The position numbers were made by a program, and so were the translations under genes. Positions 57,895 through 64,000 of a DNA stretch of 64,000 bases are shown here, piece after piece (positions within the stretch are counted from its first letter, which is position 1; each line of letters opens with the position of its first letter). The stretch is taken from contig JBPOGF010000010.1 in assembly GCA_051251915.1 (NCBI GenBank), positions 32,001-96,000 of the forward strand. Reading direction: 5' to 3'. The notes under the pieces were generated by a model. The model was not told the DNA's origin. It searched no databases and saw nothing but the letters and a program-made list of their open reading frames with translations. This DNA comes from Akkermansiaceae bacterium (GTDB lineage: Bacteria; Verrucomicrobiota; Verrucomicrobiia; Verrucomicrobiales; Akkermansiaceae).

Positions 57895-59898
57895 TTACTT
57901 GGATGACTGGGTATTTAGTCCCCTGCGAGGGCGTAGTATCAAGGTAATGCATGTTCCTCCACCGTCGGCAGGAGCAAAGGAAACCTCAGCGCGCAAGAGT
58001 TTGGCACGACGCGCAAGTGATGGCGGTAATTTAGCCTCATCGGAGTCTTGTATGCCGGATCCATTGTCACTGATGCGTAGGTGAATCTGCTGAGGATCAG
58101 CTTTGAGTTGAATTTCTACCGCAGTGGCATCTGCATGGCGGTTGATATTAATTAAACATTCCTTAAAAAATAGGAATAAATCAGATCGAGATCGAGCTTT
58201 CAGGGATTGGATAAACTCCCCGCCTTCAACTGTGAAGGTGTATTCAAGATTAGCAATCAGCCTACGGGCATTTCTCTGCAGGTCGCTCAAGAGGTCTTCA
58301 TGGACTTCCTCAGCAGTTTGTAATGCGGAAAAATAGCGAGTCGTCGTACTGGCGCGTTTGCTCAGTGCGGTAATCTCATCCACCGTTATGCCAAGTTCTT
58401 CTGGTGAATCCAGCACGTCCTTAGCGTGTGAACCCAATAAACCAATCGCGTGGAGGCTAGCTCCTAGTTCATCATGCAAGTCAGCAGCGAAGCGTTCTTT
58501 CATCCGCCCCACTTGACGCATGCGACTCATGCGAGTGATCAGGATAGTAAAAAGGATCCCTGCACCGAGCAAGACGGTCAACCATACAAGGCGCCGCACT
58601 GTCGACTGTTGCTTAATATAGCGTTGCTGAAGCTGGGCGGTAATGAGAGGGAGTTCCCTTTCTAGAACCTCACGACGAGCCAGTTTGTCCATCCATTCGC
58701 GAATGGGCAGTATATTTCCATAGAAATTACGGCCGTCCGTCAGGGCAACGAGTGGGCTGTCCTTGATTGCGTGCTTAAAGTTACCAACTACTGTTTTACC
58801 CAAGGCAACGTTGCGACCTTCGGCGAAGAGTTCGATTTCTGCGAACCCCATTCGCGCTCTCTTCCTTATACCATCGTCGAAGATATAGGGTTCAAGAGCC
58901 GTCAGGCGCACGTAACGGCACTGCCTCGCGGGCACGATGTTCCAGCTTAGGATCGGGCTGATGTCATAGAGAGTTTTGTAACGAGCATCCAATAACAAGA
59001 AGGCATCGGAAAAGTCTGCTCGCGTGGCTCCTTCGACCTGCAGATGTCTTGGTATACCGACATCTCCGGAAATGGAATGGGGAACGGTGTCACTTTGTTC
59101 GATCGCGTGTAGGCTAATCCCAGATAAATCGTGTACTTCATTCAGGTCGATGGTCAGGGAGGGCGTTTTATAAGCATTTTCGCCAATATAAGTGGATCTG
59201 ATATAGGCCACGCTTTTCTGCCCCATCGTTGAATTCATGAGATACGGTACTGCTCCATCAGTCAGGTACGACAACTTCCAAGAATTGATCGGAACTCGAT
59301 CTGGCTGCGGCCCTCTCACTGGGCGTCGTAAGGCATAGTTTTTTGATCCGCTAAATACTAATAGTTCGGACAGCTGTAGTGCGTATTTGCCGTCGTAACG
59401 TCGTGAAGAAAGACGGGTGGCTTCGACCCTCACCCAAGAGGCAACCTTTCCGGAGCAAGGGACCAGAAGCGGTGCGATGCGCGGCGATAGCTGATCCTGT
59501 TCTGAGAACGAGGCAATCACCTTGCCTGCTTTATCATCCTTTGTTCCAGCCAGGATACGAAACGCTATCGGGAAACCCTCGCTTTGGATGCCTGTTGCCG
59601 AGCGAGCGAGCGTAGGTACTAGAACTATTTCATCGATAGAGATCTCCTGACCCAAATCCACTTCGACCCATTCGCTGCGGTTAGCGTCCTTTGTCTGAGA
59701 TGAGCGATAGCCGTTGGACCCTACTTCTTCGCGCAGGGTGAAGTTGGCTAAATGCTTCAGTTCAGCTTCCATAGCATCCCGTTTCTCTTCCAACTGTGAA
59801 ATGGATTGTTGGTCAAGCGAAATGGCAGAGTTGCCACGGGATGGAACGAGGGTGATGGCTAGCAAGAAAAGAATCTGAATGATCAATAGTAGGTTCAT
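57895..59898 (-). CDS. HisKA_3 sensor histidine kinase with tandem discoidin-like domains (system 3), paralog of 43679-45796
   Basis: WVEVDLG, LSELLVF, LTDG, CRYVRL, FAEIELF; TM; RFAADLHDELGASL, KECLININRH, DNGSG; start refined from 59982. Confidence 0.9.
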   Translation of the reverse strand: MNLLLIIQILFLLAITLVPSRGNSAISLDQQSISQLEEKRDAMEAELKHLANFTLREEVGSNGYRSSQTKDANRSEWVEVDLGQEISIDEIVLVPTLARSATGIQSEGFPIAFRILAGTKDDKAGKVIASFSEQDQLSPRIAPLLVPCSGKVASWVRVEATRLSSRRYDGKYALQLSELLVFSGSKNYALRRPVRGPQPDRVPINSWKLSYLTDGAVPYLMNSTMGQKSVAYIRSTYIGENAYKTPSLTIDLNEVHDLSGISLHAIEQSDTVPHSISGDVGIPRHLQVEGATRADFSDAFLLLDARYKTLYDISPILSWNIVPARQCRYVRLTALEPYIFDDGIRKRARMGFAEIELFAEGRNVALGKTVVGNFKHAIKDSPLVALTDGRNFYGNILPIREWMDKLARREVLERELPLITAQLQQRYIKQQSTVRRLVWLTVLLGAGILFTILITRMSRMRQVGRMKERFAADLHDELGASLHAIGLLGSHAKDVLDSPEELGITVDEITALSKRASTTTRYFSALQTAEEVHEDLLSDLQRNARRLIANLEYTFTVEGGEFIQSLKARSRSDLFLFFKECLININRHADATAVEIQLKADPQQIHLRISDNGSGIQDSDEAKLPPSLARRAKLLRAEVSFAPADGGGTCITLILRPRRGLNTQSSK

Positions 59899-59999
59899 GC
59901 TTTTGCATGATTGTCTATAGGAAGACAGAATTACAAGCGGATTTTTCAACCTCGTATGCCATGACTCCGGGTTGGAGCTCATAAAATGGAAATATAGAA

Positions 60000-60044
60000 A
60001 TGGAGTAAAACACCCATAGACGAGATTTTAAAACCTGATAAATT
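60000..60044 (+). promoter_or_regulatory. Response-regulator box (variant 3) plus promoter for the PilX-like gene
   Basis: ATGGAGT-AAAA-CACCCAT-AGAC; TAGACG-16-TAAATT with TG extension. Confidence 0.55.
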
Positions 60045-60107
60045 TACAATGTAACTCCAAATGATGTAGAGAAAATTTTGTGAGGTGAAATAAAACCAAT
60101 CTATAAA

Positions 60108-63100
60108 ATGAAAACAACGAAACAACCCAAACGCTATATTTTAATATCTAAATACATGCAAATGTTTTTTCAGTATCCGCCAGTGACAGTAAAATCTGCA
60201 GAAACTACCTGCGTAGGCTTAGCTCAAAACCAAATCCGCAAGGTATCTAAACGATCAGGTTTTGCGCTCATTACTACAATTACTATAATGTCTTTATTGA
60301 TGCTTGTCTCTCTAGCTATGTTGTCGCTCTCTAATATAGAAGTAAGCTCTAACAGCATCGATAAAAACCAAGAAATCGCTGAAGCAAATGCGCGCATGGC
60401 GCTGATGCTAGCGCTTGGTGAGCTGCAAAAATCTGCGGGCCATGACCAGCGAGTCACAGCAACGGCGGATTTGACACTTCCCGTCTCTGGAGATGATAGC
60501 CGCCGAAATTGGGTGGGTGTATGGGATAGTAGCCTTTATGATCCATCTGGTTACGATATCGCAAATCCCACAAACAATAAAACCTTCCTCAAATGGCTAG
60601 TCTCTAGTCAAAACCAATCGTCCCTATCGCAGCAAGATGCCTCAGCGGTAGGTCTCAATAATCCTTTTGTCATTTTTGATGGTACGGTCGATGGCACACA
60701 GGAATCACATGATGTCGTGGTGGATGAGATTGAGATTATGGATGCCAGCGGAACACAGACCGGGTCCTACGCCTATTGGGTGGAAGACAATGGGGTGAAG
60801 GCGGATATTTCATGGAACGAGAGCCTTGATACACGAGATGAAATCGTTCAGGCAGCGAGGCTGAGTTCCTCACCGGGCGCTGATCCGCGAGTTTTTCAGG
60901 ATGCTTCCGCCCCTTATGACTTGGATGATAATGAAACACTAGACGTCTCTCTGGACTTCATTCAGAATCTGGACAAGACATTCAGTTTTAGCTCGCTTGC
61001 TCTTGCGGATAATAGTTCTGGAAGTTACCAAGATTGGCTCAAGAGATATCGCCACGATATTAGCGTAGGAAGTAAGGCAGTCTTGTCAGATACAAAGTTG
61101 GGCGGTCTCCAACGTGACCTCAGTCTGGCATTCGAAATGGACGGAGCCGCAGAGGCCGAGAGCGCTACGAAATTCAACGAACAGAGAGGAGAATTTGTTT
61201 CGAGTGGAAATTCGGAACGCTTGGATTCAACAGGCTCAGTGGGTGGTCTTCCTGTGTCGGCTCGGTATTTACACCGAGATACTCAAAGCTCTGGTGGTCC
61301 ATTCTCTGGTGATATTATCAATAGCAGTGGTGTTTTGCGTGGTCCTACATGGTGGTTACTTAGAGACTATGCGAACTTATACAAAAACGTTTCAGGAACC
61401 GAGGGGGATTATACACTTCAAGCACGTGCATACTACCCAAATAAACCGCAGGGAGAAGAGCTCAGCTCTAAGCTCAATCTTTTCAATGGAAATGCTCAGT
61501 TTGACTTGGAAGTGGATACTGGAAGTAATTCAAATGGAAAGTATATCAATAAGCCAGCAAAAGCGAATTATGCTCCTGTAAGCCTTGGAGGGACTGTTTT
61601 GTTAAGTACGAAGGCAGAGGGTTCAGAAGTTGTCCTTGCGATGGATATGCTTTTCTATCTATGGAATCCCTACAACCATAAAATTAGTTGTGATAATCTC
61701 GTGATGTCGATGGATGCTGCGCTGCCAGGTGCGATCTTCCTATGGAAGGACGATGGTTCAGGCAGTCCTACTTTATACGCTAAATCTTTGAATGAACTCA
61801 TTAAGAGTAATGTAAGCACGGACGATGTTTCCTTTCTTATAAAGAGCGAGACAAATGGTGCGATTGTTTTGGAACCTGGGGAAGTCGTTATCGCAACGCC
61901 GAGTACCACGCAAGGGCAATCAAACCTAGGGTTCACGCTCAGCAGTGATTCAGGAATAATTCTCCGGAATTTAGGCGACAGCGGCCCAATTACTGCGGCA
62001 AGTGGTGACAAGATTGGATTTCGTTATATAAATATCCTAGGAAATAGTGTCGGTGTGAGCACAGCTGGAATGCGTAATAGTTTTAATTTGTTCTTACCTA
62101 ATCGCGAATTGGACTTGTCTGATCTTTCATCAACCTCGAACTTCACGTCGGAACTTCAATATCTTCATTTTCCTTCGCACGCATTACAATCCAACAATAT
62201 AGATACTACCCCGCAAGAGTATTTCATGCCTGAAACGGAATCTAGTACTGCAAATAAAAGTGATCCAGTTAAGTGGGTAGATTTTGGAGACATTGGAAGT
62301 AGTAAAATCTTTTTCGGCTTGCTTACTTCGCTCACGAAACCTGCATTATGGGAAGGTGGAAACCCCAACCCAGTCGAAGTTTTCTCCAGATTTAATCCTA
62401 ATCCGATTGTAGTAAAGCGGGAGGGAAATAGAATTTGCCAATTGAATCAAGTCTACAACATGTTGTGTAGCGATAACGCAGACGATCTTCTGCTAAAGAA
62501 TGGCATAGAATACTCAAACTTGGTAAGGAACGCATACTGGGGGAGTTCTTACACTTCATTGGGATCCGAATTTGTGCCGCTCTCGACGATTCCAACCAGC
62601 CCGCTTCATTCATTGGCTTCACTTTCACATGCAAATGTGTCGACCATGGCTATGGACGCTTTCCACCCAATTGGAAATTCTTGGTCTTCTCCTTATGTGC
62701 CGACGAGTTCCGTTTATGGTAGAGTTCATAATGGAGGTAATGCTACCACTATATCGACGCAAGATTTATCATGGAATGTAAATGATGCGCTCTTTGACCG
62801 ATACTATTTTTCAGGTATTGCACCATATTATAGTATTTCTTCATCGGGTTATTCACTCGATTCTGGGGCGTCAGTAAGGCAGACTTTGAATGATTTCTTT
62901 GGTGAGGACTACCGGGATGCGAAGGCGAATCCAGCTCTTCAGCCTTATGTCTCCGTTGGGGAAAATGTAACAGATGTTGTGGATATTCTTGATCCTGATA
63001 CCTCAAGTAGTATGGGTGACGGCTATAGTAAGCTCGCTGCGTATGTAATGCTTGATGGAGCATTTAACATTAATTCGACTTCCGAGAAAGCTTGGGAAGC

Positions 63101-63845
63101 GCTTCTGAGATCGAACAAGAATATGGATATTCTTTACTCAGATGGCGGCGATGGAAACGGTAATGATACTCCTTTTCCTAACAGTGTGCTACCAGCCAAT
63201 GAAGGTGTAGCTCCGTCAGGGTGGAGCGGCTTTGAACGCTTAGACGATGGGCAGATCCAAGGTCTTGCTGCAGAAATCGTTCGCTTAGTTAAGGAACGGG
63301 GGCCTTTTATGGGACTCTCAGATTTTGTGAATAGGCAGATAGGTACTCACGAAGGTGTGATCCAGGCTGCTATCCAGAATACGGGTATCAATGGTACAGT
63401 CGCAGAGGATGCAGGAGGCATACCGTCAATTTATGATGGCATCGGTAATAATTCCATGAACTACTTTTTATATGAACAAGGGTCTACGGCTCGTAACAGT
63501 GCAACGGGGCTTCCCAAGGAGATTAATCAGGCGCAAATTCTTTTGCCACTCGCGTCACGGATGAGGCCTAGGAGCGATACATTCACTATCAGGGCATATG
63601 GAAGTTCTATCTCTAGTTCAGGGGTGGTCAATAGCACGGCATATTGTGAGGCGGTCGTTCAGAGGGTGCCCGAGTATATAGATAGCGGGTTGAACGCCCC
63701 TTGGGATGAGCCAAGAGCTGATCCTCATGACTACTCGTCACAAATTAGCCCGGAAGACTCGACGATTCTGCAAGGTGTGAATAAAACTTTCGGCCGAAAA
63801 TTCAGAGTGGTGAGCTTCCGCTGGCTATCAAAAGATGAGATCTAA
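60108..63845 (+). CDS. Giant type IV minor-pilin-like protein (PilX/GspK-type), paralog of 36550-39903
   Basis: KRSG|FALITTITIMSLLMLVSLAMLSLS; ANARMALMLA, GHDQR, GAFNINST, RGPF..L.DFVNR, RSDTFTIRAYG, VSFRWL. Confidence 0.78.
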   Translation: MKTTKQPKRYILISKYMQMFFQYPPVTVKSAETTCVGLAQNQIRKVSKRSGFALITTITIMSLLMLVSLAMLSLSNIEVSSNSIDKNQEIAEANARMALMLALGELQKSAGHDQRVTATADLTLPVSGDDSRRNWVGVWDSSLYDPSGYDIANPTNNKTFLKWLVSSQNQSSLSQQDASAVGLNNPFVIFDGTVDGTQESHDVVVDEIEIMDASGTQTGSYAYWVEDNGVKADISWNESLDTRDEIVQAARLSSSPGADPRVFQDASAPYDLDDNETLDVSLDFIQNLDKTFSFSSLALADNSSGSYQDWLKRYRHDISVGSKAVLSDTKLGGLQRDLSLAFEMDGAAEAESATKFNEQRGEFVSSGNSERLDSTGSVGGLPVSARYLHRDTQSSGGPFSGDIINSSGVLRGPTWWLLRDYANLYKNVSGTEGDYTLQARAYYPNKPQGEELSSKLNLFNGNAQFDLEVDTGSNSNGKYINKPAKANYAPVSLGGTVLLSTKAEGSEVVLAMDMLFYLWNPYNHKISCDNLVMSMDAALPGAIFLWKDDGSGSPTLYAKSLNELIKSNVSTDDVSFLIKSETNGAIVLEPGEVVIATPSTTQGQSNLGFTLSSDSGIILRNLGDSGPITAASGDKIGFRYINILGNSVGVSTAGMRNSFNLFLPNRELDLSDLSSTSNFTSELQYLHFPSHALQSNNIDTTPQEYFMPETESSTANKSDPVKWVDFGDIGSSKIFFGLLTSLTKPALWEGGNPNPVEVFSRFNPNPIVVKREGNRICQLNQVYNMLCSDNADDLLLKNGIEYSNLVRNAYWGSSYTSLGSEFVPLSTIPTSPLHSLASLSHANVSTMAMDAFHPIGNSWSSPYVPTSSVYGRVHNGGNATTISTQDLSWNVNDALFDRYYFSGIAPYYSISSSGYSLDSGASVRQTLNDFFGEDYRDAKANPALQPYVSVGENVTDVVDILDPDTSSSMGDGYSKLAAYVMLDGAFNINSTSEKAWEALLRSNKNMDILYSDGGDGNGNDTPFPNSVLPANEGVAPSGWSGFERLDDGQIQGLAAEIVRLVKERGPFMGLSDFVNRQIGTHEGVIQAAIQNTGINGTVAEDAGGIPSIYDGIGNNSMNYFLYEQGSTARNSATGLPKEINQAQILLPLASRMRPRSDTFTIRAYGSSISSSGVVNSTAYCEAVVQRVPEYIDSGLNAPWDEPRADPHDYSSQISPEDSTILQGVNKTFGRKFRVVSFRWLSKDEI

Positions 63846-63855
63846 ACGTATAGAT

Positions 63856-64000
63856 ATGAAAATGTTACTAAAATTGTTTGTTGTCTTGATGTTGGGTCTT
63901 ACTTTTGTCCATGGGCAGTCAGAGAGCAAAACAAGACTGTTTTCTTGTTTTGTGTGGAAAGATCTGGGAGCCGGGAAGGTATTTTACTCCGATGGGAAAA
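63856..64000 (+). CDS. Secreted hypothetical protein (partial), probable partner of the PilX-like gene
   Basis: Manual translation MKMLLKLFVVLMLGLTFVHGQSESKTRLFSCFVWKDLGAGKVFYSDGK with a signal peptide; 10 nt after the upstream stop, same layout as 35870-36544. Confidence 0.7.
   Translation, partial: MKMLLKLFVVLMLGLTFVHGQSESKTRLFSCFVWKDLGAGKVFYSDGK

Noticed and set aside
1..64000. tRNA, rRNA, IS elements, integrases, riboswitches, defence systems
   Set aside because: None recognised by eye; intergenic gaps are short and largely explained, but covariance-model searches were not run

Overview
The window looks like a Verrucomicrobiota (Rubritalea/Akkermansiaceae-like) chromosome segment; this is inferred from gene content (PEP-CTERM proteins, many sulfatases, giant PilX-like proteins). 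About 1-15.4 kb is mostly core-type DNA with an extreme G>>C plus-strand skew. It carries a PhoB-like regulator, a Na/Pi cotransporter, an esterase, a FAD oxidase, a CII-like regulator, a secreted metalloprotease, a TonB-dependent receptor divergent from mntR with a perfect MntR-type box between them, mnmA and an M29 aminopeptidase. About 15.5-64 kb is a compositionally different island for degrading a sulfated, probably fucose-containing, polysaccharide. It encodes 8 Cys-type sulfatases, GH29, GH141-like, GH28-like and other beta-helix proteins, a lyase-like protein, a beta-propeller protein and esterases, but no SusC/D pair or other recognisable transporter. Instead the island is built from four repeated modules. 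In each, a sensor (three NarL-type two-component systems and one ECF sigma/FecR pair) sits next to a predicted surface protein gene: a PEP-CTERM protein and/or a 1100-1250 aa prepilin-leader PilX/GspK-like protein with a small secreted partner. Two candidate regulons can be read from the DNA: an ECF-type promoter GGCAGG-N14/15-GGATAAG (4 copies) and an 18-bp 7-4-7 inverted box fused to a TAGAC -35 element (6 copies, module-specific variants). Decayed sulfatase and GH28 gene remnants show gene turnover.
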